64,000 nt of DNA from Kiritimatiellia bacterium (GTDB lineage: Bacteria; Verrucomicrobiota; Kiritimatiellia; CAIKKV01; CAITUY01): positions 283 through 64,282 of the forward strand of contig JBBQNS010000003.1 of assembly GCA_038330175.1 (NCBI GenBank). The letters are read 5' to 3'. Below the pieces are notes generated by a model. It did not search any database. It had not been told where the DNA came from and saw only the letters and a list, made by a program, of their open reading frames with translations. Within the stretch, counting starts at the first letter, position 1. Every line of letters starts with the position of its first letter. Positions 27,530 through 37,241 of the stretch are shown here, in pieces. The position numbers were made by a program, and so were the translations under genes.

Positions 27530-28066
27530 TCATTTTGGAATAAACAATTTTTGACCGGGGCGGAGAACGTCGGATTTCAGAGAGTTCGCTTTCTTTATTG
27601 AGTTCACGTTCACTTTGTATGCTACCGCAATCGCCGAAAGCGTCTGCCCCGGCTCAACCACGTGCTCATATCCGGTTTGCGCGCTACCACTATTACGCCC
27701 CGAGGAAGACTTCCCGGATGCCCCCCCGCCAGAGGAACCGATAAGTGAGGCCACCTGATTCACGATCTGTTTGCGATCCGCATCACGCCCCGCCGCCAGA
27801 GACTGAACTTGACGTTCCAAGGTATCCAGTCGATTTCGAACTAGCATATCTTCTTTGGGCGCCCCTTTCATCGAGCCGATATCACGCTGCAGGTTCTGCT
27901 GCTCCAACTCCAGCCCATTGATTTTTTCCTGAACCTGCTGGACATTCTCGCGCAGCTTCTCCATATCAGCCTGTTGTTGCGCCACCGTGTTCTGATCCAC
28001 TAGGGTCACACAGCCGCACCCCAGAAGCAAAGTCCCGCCCATCAAGCCCTTTAGAAATACGTTCAT
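27530..28066 (-). CDS. Coiled-coil plus LysM lipoprotein
   Basis: Lipobox-like LLGCGC, heptad-rich middle, C-terminal HVVEPGQTLSAIA..YKV....IKKAN.L.SD.LRPGQKLFIP; ATG 28066 preferred. Confidence 0.82.
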   Translation of the reverse strand: MNVFLKGLMGGTLLLGCGCVTLVDQNTVAQQQADMEKLRENVQQVQEKINGLELEQQNLQRDIGSMKGAPKEDMLVRNRLDTLERQVQSLAAGRDADRKQIVNQVASLIGSSGGGASGKSSSGRNSGSAQTGYEHVVEPGQTLSAIAVAYKVNVNSIKKANSLKSDVLRPGQKLFIPK

Positions 28067-28168
28067 CGGTTGTCCCTTGAGTATTAAAATATTTATCACG
28101 CACACATTAGAAGTCATTAGGTTAACGACATCTTCACGGGTAAGTCAACGCTTAGGTCAATCTCGCTA

Positions 28169-28197
28169 TTGTCTGGACACCCTCAGCCTGTTATCAT
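28169..28197 (+). promoter_or_regulatory. Putative leaderless promoter of the class IV aminotransferase
   Basis: TTGTCT-N17-TATCAT with extended -10 TG, 6 nt before ATG 28204. Confidence 0.45.
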
Positions 28198-28203
28198 CAA
28201 CAA

Positions 28204-29169
28204 ATGAAACGTTTTGAAATTACTGATTGGTCAGTCCTTGCCGAAGCATTACGACAGCCATACCAGAACACCTATTTTGCGATGTACTCGAGCGTCTATG
28301 GCGGCCTTGTCACCGACCCACGCCTTATGATGATCCCCATTGACGACCATATGGTTCATCGTGGGGATGGCGTTTTCGAGGCGCTCAAAGCCGTTAACGG
28401 GCAGATTTACAACCTTACCGCTCATCTTGACCGGCTCATCACCTCCGCACGTGGCATCGCCCTGGATCTCCCTGTAGAACAGACTGAATTGACTCGCCTC
28501 ATCATCGAAACCGCCCAAGTTGCCGGACATCCGACCTGCATGATCCGGATTTATGTTTCACGCGGTCCCGGTGGTTTTGGAGTCAACCCCTATGAATGCC
28601 CGGCCGCCCAACTCTATATAGTGGTTACGGCACTGGGAACTCCGTTCATGGCGTTACACCCTGAAGGAGCCCGTCTTTGCACGAGCGCCATTCCCTCCAA
28701 ATCTGCTGATATGGCCAAAATCAAAAACTGTAATTACGTACCCAATGTCTTGATGAAAAAAGAGGCCGCAGATCGAAAGTTCGATTTTTCGGCTGGCTTC
28801 GATGAGCGTGGTTTCCTCACCGAAGGCGCGACCGAGAATATAGGCATCATCTCAAAGGATAACCGGCTCCTGTTCCCCGACCTTGCCCGCATTCTCACCG
28901 GCACCACCATGCTTCGCGTCATGGCCCTTTCACAGGAACTCTTGAACGAAAAAGCCCTGTTTTTTTCTGGCTTGGCAGATATTACGCCCGAAGATATTCT
29001 TGCCGCCCGCGAACTCATCATTGTTGGCACCACCATTAATGTTGTGGCGGGTATCGGGTTTGACGGACACCTTATCGGAACGGGAAAACCGGGCCCCATT
29101 TTTAAGCGCCTCGCAACACTGCTCGAAAAGGATATGACGGAAAATACATCCAGACTCACTCCGTTCTAA
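28204..29169 (+). CDS. PLP-dependent class IV aminotransferase (BCAT/D-amino acid aminotransferase/ADC lyase family)
   Basis: HRGDGVFE, HLDRL, K.CNY, EGATEN, ILTGTT, GTT motifs. Confidence 0.88.
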   Translation: MKRFEITDWSVLAEALRQPYQNTYFAMYSSVYGGLVTDPRLMMIPIDDHMVHRGDGVFEALKAVNGQIYNLTAHLDRLITSARGIALDLPVEQTELTRLIIETAQVAGHPTCMIRIYVSRGPGGFGVNPYECPAAQLYIVVTALGTPFMALHPEGARLCTSAIPSKSADMAKIKNCNYVPNVLMKKEAADRKFDFSAGFDERGFLTEGATENIGIISKDNRLLFPDLARILTGTTMLRVMALSQELLNEKALFFSGLADITPEDILAARELIIVGTTINVVAGIGFDGHLIGTGKPGPIFKRLATLLEKDMTENTSRLTPF

Positions 29170-29234
29170 GGACAGCCTGTAAATATTAAAAAAACCTGTA
29201 CCCTATAAACCGCTAAGTTAAAAAATCAAAATTT

Positions 29235-30422
29235 ATGAACAAAAAACATTTTTTTTCATCTCTCCCCGCGCTTATCCGACTCCTGCTCCTCATGATCGTG
29301 ACAACCGGTGCCTACGGGGAAGACCCTGACATCACGGTACAACCGCTCCCTGAGGAGGCTAAAAAGCCGATCGATATTTTACTCGCCTTCACGTCAACTC
29401 CCTGCACAAACTTTTCTTCCGACGCAGTAAAACCATTGGTGGATTTCATCCGCGCGGCCAGTAGCACTGACAGTGGTTGGGAACTTCCCAAGCGGGACGG
29501 AGCGGCGGGCTCGGCCTACATCGTGACCGTAAAGGTTCCTCTTCAAAAATATCTCGCCTTGAATTTCCATCCTGACATTCCTGACTATGCCGTTTTTCTA
29601 GCCTCCCTTCGCTACTCGACGTGTCTCGACAGCAACGCCATGCGCCATGCGTATTCCTGTATTGAAACGGGCCCCACTGGCTCTCTTCAATATGTGACGG
29701 CCCTGATGTCCGGTACAGAGGAAATTACACCCAACCCAGAATCAGGTTGTTACTTCTCTTATACGAATTCACGCGTGTTCCTGCGTTGTAAGGTGGAGGG
29801 ACAGGATGTCTTATTTTCATGCGCTGAAACCCTTTCACCGTCCACCTTCAGCCAGCGCGGCGTTACTATCGGGCTCCTGGAACAATCCTTGTTCTACTAC
29901 AGCGGGAGGCCCGGATTGAATGTGACCGGGATGTCCTGGATGCTCTCTCAAATCAAGCACTCTACCACGCTGAGCGTTTATATCTCGCTGAGTTCCAATG
30001 AAACCGCCGTCGCCACTTTTGCCTGGCTGAATGCGGGATGGAAAGGCATGAACGTTACCCGGGCATGCCATATTCTCAACTCCCAAAAGAACACGCTGGA
30101 CTGCTCCCGCCGGATAGCCCAGAACCCGAAAGTTTCAGCCCCTCTCCTGGCCTCCATCGCAGCGGCCGTGGACGCCCTGACACCCGCCGAAGTGGATAGT
30201 GATTATGAAAAATACCTGGCATACGTAAGAATATGGCGCGACAAGAAGGATTCAGCCTTTTCCCAAGGATCACTCTTGAAGGATCTATATGACCCCAAAG
30301 CCTCTCAGGCTATACCGCTCTCGCACCGGCGGGCACTCCTCGTGCAGGAGCGCATTCGGGTTTTGATGGACATCCCCACCTGGTCGGCACCAGGTGCAGC
30401 CGAAACGGTGGCCCGCCGCTAA
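29235..30422 (+). CDS. Exported hypothetical protein
   Basis: 395-aa ORF with signal peptide; no recognised motif. Confidence 0.65.
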   Translation: MNKKHFFSSLPALIRLLLLMIVTTGAYGEDPDITVQPLPEEAKKPIDILLAFTSTPCTNFSSDAVKPLVDFIRAASSTDSGWELPKRDGAAGSAYIVTVKVPLQKYLALNFHPDIPDYAVFLASLRYSTCLDSNAMRHAYSCIETGPTGSLQYVTALMSGTEEITPNPESGCYFSYTNSRVFLRCKVEGQDVLFSCAETLSPSTFSQRGVTIGLLEQSLFYYSGRPGLNVTGMSWMLSQIKHSTTLSVYISLSSNETAVATFAWLNAGWKGMNVTRACHILNSQKNTLDCSRRIAQNPKVSAPLLASIAAAVDALTPAEVDSDYEKYLAYVRIWRDKKDSAFSQGSLLKDLYDPKASQAIPLSHRRALLVQERIRVLMDIPTWSAPGAAETVARR

Positions 30423-30463
30423 AGACTCACCTGACCGCGCTCTCAGTCAATACGCAATCGAAG

Positions 30464-31630
30464 TTATTGCAGCGTCGAAATGAAGCGTTCGAGCCGAATC
30501 ATGCCTTCCTCGATATTGGCCATACTACAAGCGTAGGACAGGCGGATATTCTCATCGGCCCCAAAAGGAAGCCCGGGTACGACCGCCATCTTTTCCTGTG
30601 TCAGAAGTTTTTGAGCAAAATCGATTGAAGACAGCCCGAAAGCTGAAATGTTCGGGAACGCATAAAAGGCCCCATCAGGTTTTACGCACGTGATCCCTTT
30701 CATGTCCGTCAACCGCTTGTAAAGGTACTTACGGCGCTCATCGAAGGCCACTACCATTTTAGACACGCAATCCTGAGACCCACGCAAGGCCGCTATGGCA
30801 CCATATTGGGCAAAGGTATTAGGCGCCGAAGTGCTATGACTTTGAAGCGCAGAAGCCGCCTTCACAAGGTCAATCGGACCCGCAAAGTAACCCAAACGCC
30901 ACCCCGTCATGGCATAGGGCTTACTGAACCCATTAACCGTGATGGTGTACTTGAAGATCTCAGGAGAAAGCGAGCCGATGCTCACCGCTTCAACGCCATC
31001 GTAAACCATTCTCTCATAAATTTCGTCTGAGACTATGTAAAGCCCATGCTTGACAGCAACTTCGGCCAGCGAACGCAGCTCAGCGCGGGTATAGACTGTA
31101 CCAGTGGGATTGGACGGACTGTTGATAATAATCGCCTTCGTGCGCTTTGTGATGGCGGCTTCCAATTGAGAGGCGGTCACCTTAAGCCCATGGGCCTCAC
31201 TCCCATGGACAAACACGGGCTTACCTCCGGCAACACGAACCATTTCGGGATAGCTCAGCCAGAACGGAGCGGGAATGATAATTTCATCCCCTTCACGGCA
31301 AAGCGCCATGAAAATATTAAAAAGCGAGTGCTTGGCACCATTACTGACTAAAATCTGGTCAATTTTGTATGAAAGCTTATTCTCCATGGCGAGCTTGTCC
31401 GCAATCGCCGCGCGGAGCTCTAAAACGCCATCATTAGGGGCGTATTTTGTCTTTCCTTCGCGTAACGCTTTGGCGGCCGCCTCCTTGACATGTTCGGGGG
31501 TATCAAAATCCGGTTCACCCGCTCCAAACCCGCACACTTTTTCGCCTGCCTCCATAAGCGCCTTGGCCTTAGCATCGATCGCCAAAGTCAACGAAGGCGC
31601 AATTCCACTCACCCGCACATTAAGTTCCAT
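30464..31630 (-). CDS. aspC: Class I/II PLP aminotransferase (aspartate aminotransferase-like)
   Basis: GEPDF, NGAKHSL, NSPSNPTG, SDEIY, NGFSKPYAMTGWRLG; start ATG 31630 (MELNVRV) overlapping the ndk end. Confidence 0.9.
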   Translation of the reverse strand: MELNVRVSGIAPSLTLAIDAKAKALMEAGEKVCGFGAGEPDFDTPEHVKEAAAKALREGKTKYAPNDGVLELRAAIADKLAMENKLSYKIDQILVSNGAKHSLFNIFMALCREGDEIIIPAPFWLSYPEMVRVAGGKPVFVHGSEAHGLKVTASQLEAAITKRTKAIIINSPSNPTGTVYTRAELRSLAEVAVKHGLYIVSDEIYERMVYDGVEAVSIGSLSPEIFKYTITVNGFSKPYAMTGWRLGYFAGPIDLVKAASALQSHSTSAPNTFAQYGAIAALRGSQDCVSKMVVAFDERRKYLYKRLTDMKGITCVKPDGAFYAFPNISAFGLSSIDFAQKLLTQEKMAVVPGLPFGADENIRLSYACSMANIEEGMIRLERFISTLQ

Positions 31631-32786
31631 AGTATTTTTCCACCCACTCTTTAATCGTATCTTTTTTAACATCCACAATTTTAATTTCACGAGCGGAGTT
31701 TTCCGGCGAGTCAGACGCATGCGCGGCATTGACCATGATATCGCTGCCGTACTCACGCCGTACCGAACCCGGCTGAGCCTTGGCAGGGTCCGTGGGGCCC
31801 AACAGGTATCGAATTTTCTCCACAGCACTGATGCCACGATAGACCAGCGCCAAACAGTTCTCAGAGCCTGTTTTAACTTTATCGGATTCGGCCACTTCGG
31901 AGGGGCGGAAGCCTGTCATAAATTTGATAATTTCCTCAAATTGGCCATTCCCGGCAATAGGGCCAATATGCTCCCCAATCACCGCTTTGGTATCCTCAGG
32001 AATGGATATCCCTAACGATTTTTCCAGGATCTCCCCTGCCCGCTGGGCCATTATGCTCTTGAATTTGTCTTGCAGGATGGGGCGTACCGGCCCATAAAAT
32101 TCCTCCGCTTGCGCCACAGTCATTGAAAATTTTCGCATTCCGACAATCCGAAGTCCTGAGCGGGAAAGTAGATCAATAATGTGGCCCGGCCGAACGCTGG
32201 GAAAGCGGAAGTTATCGGGCTTGATCAGGACCAGCGTTGTTTGAACTCCTTCTGAACTAACCGAATCAACGCTATTTTCGATCACCCCACCATCTGGCTC
32301 AGAATACTCAGCCCACAAACGCAAGACAGATGCCGCGCGTTCAACGGAGGGGGCGACCAAAACGGCTGGCTCAAAATAACGAACTTCTCCCGATTCGTCC
32401 TCAATGTAATCGCCATAGGTATCCCGAATCGTTTCACCGTTCACCCACCCGGAACGTAGATGTCCTGTCGCCTCGCGTACTTTCTGGATTGCGTTTTCGC
32501 CCTCAAATACCAGTAAAATGACACGCCTTCGTAGCCCGGTAACGGGGTCGGGCACATAGGACTTGCGCACATATTCGCTCAATAATCGCGCGAATTCTGG
32601 CTCCGCTTGATTGCTGTTCAACAGGGAATCGGCATAACGGGTGCTTAGTTCCTGGCTGGGGCCATACATGCGGGCGGCCACAAGCTCAAGGCCCGTACGG
32701 CTCATGAGGCGACCGATGACGCCGCCGGTTCTGGATTTTGAAATTGTATATGGGTTAATTAACGCAAATGCCAACTCCTGAGCCAT
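31620..32786 (-). CDS. ndk: Nucleoside-diphosphate kinase with two NDK-like domains
   Basis: Domain 2: TTLVLIKPD...LGPTDP..A.PGSVR..YG....NAAHASDS; domain 1: LAFALINPY...ETIRDTYG without the catalytic His motif. Confidence 0.85.
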   Translation of the reverse strand: MAQELAFALINPYTISKSRTGGVIGRLMSRTGLELVAARMYGPSQELSTRYADSLLNSNQAEPEFARLLSEYVRKSYVPDPVTGLRRRVILLVFEGENAIQKVREATGHLRSGWVNGETIRDTYGDYIEDESGEVRYFEPAVLVAPSVERAASVLRLWAEYSEPDGGVIENSVDSVSSEGVQTTLVLIKPDNFRFPSVRPGHIIDLLSRSGLRIVGMRKFSMTVAQAEEFYGPVRPILQDKFKSIMAQRAGEILEKSLGISIPEDTKAVIGEHIGPIAGNGQFEEIIKFMTGFRPSEVAESDKVKTGSENCLALVYRGISAVEKIRYLLGPTDPAKAQPGSVRREYGSDIMVNAAHASDSPENSAREIKIVDVKKDTIKEWVEKYYGT

Positions 32787-32886
32787 AATGATCTCCTCCT
32801 GCCTCTCGCCAAAATTTAATTGCGATGGAGTATCGTAATCTCAATCTGTGTAATCAAGCTTAAAGACTGAATTATTTACGAAAATC

Positions 32887-32915
32887 TTGACATAATCGGT
32901 GCTCAAGCACATTCT
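32887..32915 (+). promoter_or_regulatory. Putative sigma70 promoter
   Basis: TTGACA-N17-CATTCT upstream of RBS GAGGAG and ATG 32941. Confidence 0.45.
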
Positions 32916-32940
32916 GAAAGCACTAAGAGGAGCGTTACCC

Positions 32941-33597
32941 ATGCCTATTAGAATTGTACTGTGTGATGATCATCAAATTATTCGTGAGGGCCTCAGGTCA
33001 TTACTTGAAAAACAGCCCGACATGGACGTGGTAGGAGAGGCTACGAATGGGCTAGAAGCGGTTAAACTTGTAGCGGACAAGAAACCGGATATCGTCGTGC
33101 TGGACATTGCGATGCCGGAAATGAACGGGATCGCGGCTGCCCGCCGGATTTTTACAGATTATCCGAAAATCAAGATCCTTGCGCTCTCCATGCATTCCGA
33201 CCATCACTTCGTAACTGAAATGCTAGAAGCAGGTGCCTCAGGGTATATGATGAAAGACAGCGCTTTTGCCGAGCTTACCACCGCGATTCGAACCATTATT
33301 TCTGGTGGCCTCTTCATCAGCCCACACATCGCAGGGAATGTGCTGAACGAATTTGCACGCCGTGCCACTCCCGGACGAGTTGCCCAACGGCAAATAGCCA
33401 AGTTAAGTCAGCGAGAGAAGGAAATCCTGCAACTCATTTCTGAGGGGCACAGCACCAAAGAAATCGCGTCCAAAATCAGTGTTAGCGTTAAAACCGTTGA
33501 AACCCATCGCCAGCATATTATGCAAAAAGTAGGCGCCCACAATGTCGCGGCTTTAACCAAATATGCCGTGCGTGAGGGGATCACAAGCCTTGAATGA
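32941..33597 (+). CDS. NarL/LuxR-family response regulator
   Basis: LCDDH, VLDIAMP, GYMMK, LSQREKEIL..ISEG.S.KEIA....SVKTVETHR. Confidence 0.92.
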   Translation: MPIRIVLCDDHQIIREGLRSLLEKQPDMDVVGEATNGLEAVKLVADKKPDIVVLDIAMPEMNGIAAARRIFTDYPKIKILALSMHSDHHFVTEMLEAGASGYMMKDSAFAELTTAIRTIISGGLFISPHIAGNVLNEFARRATPGRVAQRQIAKLSQREKEILQLISEGHSTKEIASKISVSVKTVETHRQHIMQKVGAHNVAALTKYAVREGITSLE

Positions 33598-33615
33598 TCC
33601 GGCTTGGATTTGACC

Positions 33616-34326
33616 ATGAATTCAAAAACGGTTTCGCGCATTCAGTCTCGCCTTAAACATCACTTTGAAAAAAACAATAGCCCCGTCGTCCATTTTATGG
33701 CCATTCGGACTCTTGACCCGTTCCGGGTCCTGGTGGCCACCATTTTAAGTGCACGGACCAAAGATCAAACGACAACGCTCGTTTCAGAGCGCCTCTTCAA
33801 TAAGGTCAACACGCTTGATGACCTTGGTGAAATCCCCCTGAAAGAACTTGAAGCTTTGATTTTCCCTGTTGGGTTCTATCGGACCAAAGCCCGTATGCTA
33901 AACAAGCTTCCTTCAGTTGTGCAGACCCTTTACAAAGGGGTTATCCCGAAAACTGTGGAAGAATTGATCAAACTCCCCGGAGTTGGCCGAAAAACCGCGA
34001 ACCTGGTAGTCACGGAAGCCTTTGATCAGCAGGGCATCTGTGTGGATGTGCATGTCCACCGCATTAGCAATAGGCTGGGTTTACTGAAGACTCAAACCCC
34101 GACAGAAACCGAGATGACTTTGCGAAAAGAACTGCCTGCTAAATACTGGCAAACGTGGAACCGTTATCTTGTAGCCTTTGGCCAAACTCTTTGCACCCCA
34201 CTCCGACCGCATTGCGAGGAGTGCCCCATTCAAGGAGACTGCGCCCAGATCGGTGTCACTCCACGGAAATCAACGTCCCACGGGGCGGCTCTATCAAAAA
34301 AAATGTCGGCCATTGTCCCGGGCTGA
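33616..34326 (+). CDS. nth: Endonuclease III
   Basis: HhH LPGVGRKTANLV, VDVHVHRI, C-X6-C-X2-C-X5-C 4Fe-4S motif. Confidence 0.92.
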   Translation: MNSKTVSRIQSRLKHHFEKNNSPVVHFMAIRTLDPFRVLVATILSARTKDQTTTLVSERLFNKVNTLDDLGEIPLKELEALIFPVGFYRTKARMLNKLPSVVQTLYKGVIPKTVEELIKLPGVGRKTANLVVTEAFDQQGICVDVHVHRISNRLGLLKTQTPTETEMTLRKELPAKYWQTWNRYLVAFGQTLCTPLRPHCEECPIQGDCAQIGVTPRKSTSHGAALSKKMSAIVPG

Positions 34327-34993
34327 TGTAATCTGAGCTTGAGGTCCATTTAGCCAGGGAGTCAATTGATCGTAATAACTTCGAGACCGTTCCGGTCCTG
34401 ATCCCCGAATAATATCCATTGTCCCATTTCCCTGCATGCACAGCGGTATGGTCACCACTTGACAAGCCACTGGGAATATAGCTTCGGCTTGCCCCACCCG
34501 TTACATTATCCCAACCCCCATTTGCGAAATTCAGTCCAAACAACATAACGGCATCTGAAGCATCACCCAGCCACGGTGAAGTGCCCGCTACATTGTGGTT
34601 GATCTTTCCCGTATAGGCAAAGATCTGATCGCCTTCTGCGCTTAAGGTCATGCCCCCGCCTGATAAGATCCCCACACTCCAGCATTTCTGGGTGCCAGCG
34701 ATCCAGGTAACCACAGTGCCTTCTTTCAGCAGATTCGGGCTTGTCCAAGTCAGGGGGCCAGGCGACACGGTACGCCCAAGATGATCGCCCCACCGAAACC
34801 ACCCATTACTTACAGATGAGTTCGTGAAATGGATGAGGGTATTAGGAGGGATATCGCGAAAAGCCACCCAAGCGAAGGAATCCGTGTAATCTGTATTGTA
34901 GGCGACGACCGCCAGATCACCGGCGCATAACGGGGAACCTAACAGTCGAACGGCCCCTATCGATAAAGTCACTATAACAACTATTATTCTCAC
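34256..34993 (-). CDS. Secreted hypothetical protein ending in PPRGTLISVE; 3' end overlaps nth
   Basis: Signal peptide; GDLAVVAYNTD...GDQIFAY...LFGLNF pattern of beta-rich extracellular domains. Confidence 0.65.
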   Translation of the reverse strand: MRIIVVIVTLSIGAVRLLGSPLCAGDLAVVAYNTDYTDSFAWVAFRDIPPNTLIHFTNSSVSNGWFRWGDHLGRTVSPGPLTWTSPNLLKEGTVVTWIAGTQKCWSVGILSGGGMTLSAEGDQIFAYTGKINHNVAGTSPWLGDASDAVMLFGLNFANGGWDNVTGGASRSYIPSGLSSGDHTAVHAGKWDNGYYSGIRTGTVSKLLRSIDSLAKWTSSSDYISPGQWPTFFLIEPPRGTLISVE

Positions 34994-35110
34994 TAATCAC
35001 CATTTAGCTTTAATTAGCTAAATGGTTATATATAGAGATTGAACTAAGTCAACTAGTAATATCTGGAGCTTAAACGAAAAAACTAAATAGCCCCTATTCG
35101 GAAAGGGTCA

Positions 35111-35244
35111 GGTAGGGTGAATCGTCCCGATGAGCCGTGATGCAAAGGGCAATCCATCTGAAGCGCCACAAAAAAGCTTTGGCTATTTTGGCGCATTTTA
35201 TGGCCACAACTTGCTCCGGCTCGGCAGGGACAACTCGCCCTACC
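35111..35244. repeat. Imperfect inverted repeat related to the 19577 element
   Basis: GGTAGGGTGAATCGTCCCGATGAGCCG (35111-35137) and CGGCTCGGCAGGGACAACTCGCCCTACC (35217-35244). Confidence 0.7.
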
Positions 35245-35313
35245 ATCGAAATCCCTTTAGTTTTCAAGGGGCTCTTTTTTAAATACTTTTCCGAATGGAG
35301 TCTAATCAGAGTC

Positions 35314-36813
35314 TTATCGCCGCGGAGGCGGACGTCGTCCAAAACGACCTTGCGGTCGGCCTTGAGGGCGGGGGCGTGAATATGATGAAGTTGAATGGCC
35401 CCCACCAACGCCCGGGGGAAGCACCAAAAGAGCCGGCTCAGGATTTTCGTAATCTAGCGCTTTACCGATATATTTCTCAATTTCCGGCATTGAAAACGCT
35501 TCGTTTTCGCAAGCAAAGGTATAAGCAATACCGGCCTTACCCGCGCGCCCCGTCCGCCCAATCCGATGCACATAATCCTCTGCATCCAACGGAATATCAT
35601 AATTGATCACATGCGAAATATCATCGACATGAAGGCCACGCCCGGCCACATCGGTCGCCACCAGCACGCGGATACGGCCTTCCCGGAAATCTTCCAAGAC
35701 CTTTACGCGCTTCTTCTGTGGGACAGCCCCGGAAAGCATTTCGGCGTTAATTCCGCATCGAGCCATATAACCCAAAACCCGCTCGGTTTCGTCACGTCGG
35801 TTACAAAACATCAAAACACGTTCCGGCTTATCACGCTGAAATAAATTATAGAAGAGCGCAAATTTCTTATCAGCGGGCACGGTGAACACCACCTGTCGGA
35901 TATTATCAACTGTAACTTTTTCAGGCTCGATCTCTATGGCAACGGACTCATTTGTCCAGCGGGAGGCTAGACGCAAGATATCCTCCGTGAGCGTGGCACT
36001 AAACAGCAAGGTCTGGCGTTCTTCCTTACGGGGAGTCGAGTAAACGATCGTACGGACATCAGGAATGAACCCCATATCCAACATTCGATCCGCTTCATCG
36101 ATAACCAACACTTCTACATTCCTCAGGTCAAGCAGTCCTCCACGCCGGAAATCAAGCAAACGGCCAGGGGTCGCCACCATGATATCAGGGCTGACGGCCA
36201 TCAACTGCCGCTGTTGCTTATCATAATCCATACCGCCATAGATGCCGAGAATGTTCAAGCCGCAATACTTGCCAATATCGCGAGCATCCTTTTCGATCTG
36301 GATAACGAGTTCCCGTGTCGGAGCCAGAATTAAAGCGCGGGGTGCCCCTATTTTCGTGGCTCGTTTTCTGGGAGTACGAATAAAATGGGTGAAAATGGCA
36401 ATTAGGAAGGCTGCCGTCTTACCTGTCCCAGTCTGGGCTTTACCCGTGACATCCCGCCCTGCAAGTGACGGAGGAATGGACATGGCCTGAACGCCGGTAC
36501 AGTACTTGAACCCAAGATCATCAACGGCGTGCATGATTTCTGGCGGTAAATCCAGATCATGAAACCGAGTTTTACCCTCAATAGCAGGAATATCATAATC
36601 CGCTACAACCCATTTACGGGCAGGCACAGCAGCCGGCACCGCAGGACGTAATGGGGCTGGCTTTATGCCTGTAGTAGCCTTTTTAGGGGGGGAACTAGGG
36701 CGGGCCGCAGTAGAATTGACTACCGGTGCTTTCTTAATTACCCCTGAGACCTCAGGTTTGCGGCCCAAACGCTTGATGTGATGCTTTATCTTCTGAATTA
36801 ATCGACGTACCAT
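35314..36813 (-). CDS. DEAD-box RNA helicase (RhlB/RhlE-like)
   Basis: AQTGTGKT, PTREL, TPGRLLD, DEAD, SAT, HRIGRTGR. Confidence 0.93.
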   Translation of the reverse strand: MVRRLIQKIKHHIKRLGRKPEVSGVIKKAPVVNSTAARPSSPPKKATTGIKPAPLRPAVPAAVPARKWVVADYDIPAIEGKTRFHDLDLPPEIMHAVDDLGFKYCTGVQAMSIPPSLAGRDVTGKAQTGTGKTAAFLIAIFTHFIRTPRKRATKIGAPRALILAPTRELVIQIEKDARDIGKYCGLNILGIYGGMDYDKQQRQLMAVSPDIMVATPGRLLDFRRGGLLDLRNVEVLVIDEADRMLDMGFIPDVRTIVYSTPRKEERQTLLFSATLTEDILRLASRWTNESVAIEIEPEKVTVDNIRQVVFTVPADKKFALFYNLFQRDKPERVLMFCNRRDETERVLGYMARCGINAEMLSGAVPQKKRVKVLEDFREGRIRVLVATDVAGRGLHVDDISHVINYDIPLDAEDYVHRIGRTGRAGKAGIAYTFACENEAFSMPEIEKYIGKALDYENPEPALLVLPPGVGGGHSTSSYSRPRPQGRPQGRFGRRPPPRR

Positions 36814-36821
36814 GGGGAAGA

Positions 36822-36850
36822 ACTCTACGCCTTTGTGACATTCAATACAA
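36822..36850 (-). promoter_or_regulatory. Putative leaderless promoter of the helicase
   Basis: Minus strand TTGTAT-N17-TAGAGT, 8 nt before ATG 36813. Confidence 0.45.
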
Positions 36851-36875
36851 GCTTGGCCTTTTTGATCAAACCGAT

Positions 36876-37202
36876 TTATCGGATCATGATCAGAAGCATT
36901 TTAAATTTTTCAACAGCCCGGACGGAATGGGGGATATTTGCGGGCATAATGAAGAGTTGTCCCGCTTTAACCAAATTCGGAGTGCCGCCCACAGTTACCT
37001 CAGCCAAGCCGTCAATTACCTGAACCGTCGCGTCAAATGGAGCGGTATGCTCACTGAGCCCCTGCCCCTTGTCGAAGGCAAACAAAGTTAACGTGCCGGT
37101 CTTTTTATCCAAAATAGTCTTACTGACGACCGCCCCAGCCGCATACTCCACGCCAGTTCCTAACTCGATCGCCTTGCCTTTGTATTGGTCATGCTCGCTC
37201 AT
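36876..37202 (-). CDS. Cupin domain protein
   Basis: LFAFDKGQGLSEHTAPFDA...MPANIPHSVRA. Confidence 0.88.
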   Translation of the reverse strand: MSEHDQYKGKAIELGTGVEYAAGAVVSKTILDKKTGTLTLFAFDKGQGLSEHTAPFDATVQVIDGLAEVTVGGTPNLVKAGQLFIMPANIPHSVRAVEKFKMLLIMIR

Positions 37203-37241
37203 AATAAATAGTCCTTTCTCTAGTTCCTAGTTGCCTGAATC

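Noticed and set aside
31631-31837. N-terminal extension of the aminotransferase ORF
   Set aside because: It overlaps ndk in another frame; homology begins at MELNVRV (31630).
31275-32015. 246-aa plus-strand ORF
   Set aside because: Antisense to aspC and ndk; no recognisable motifs.
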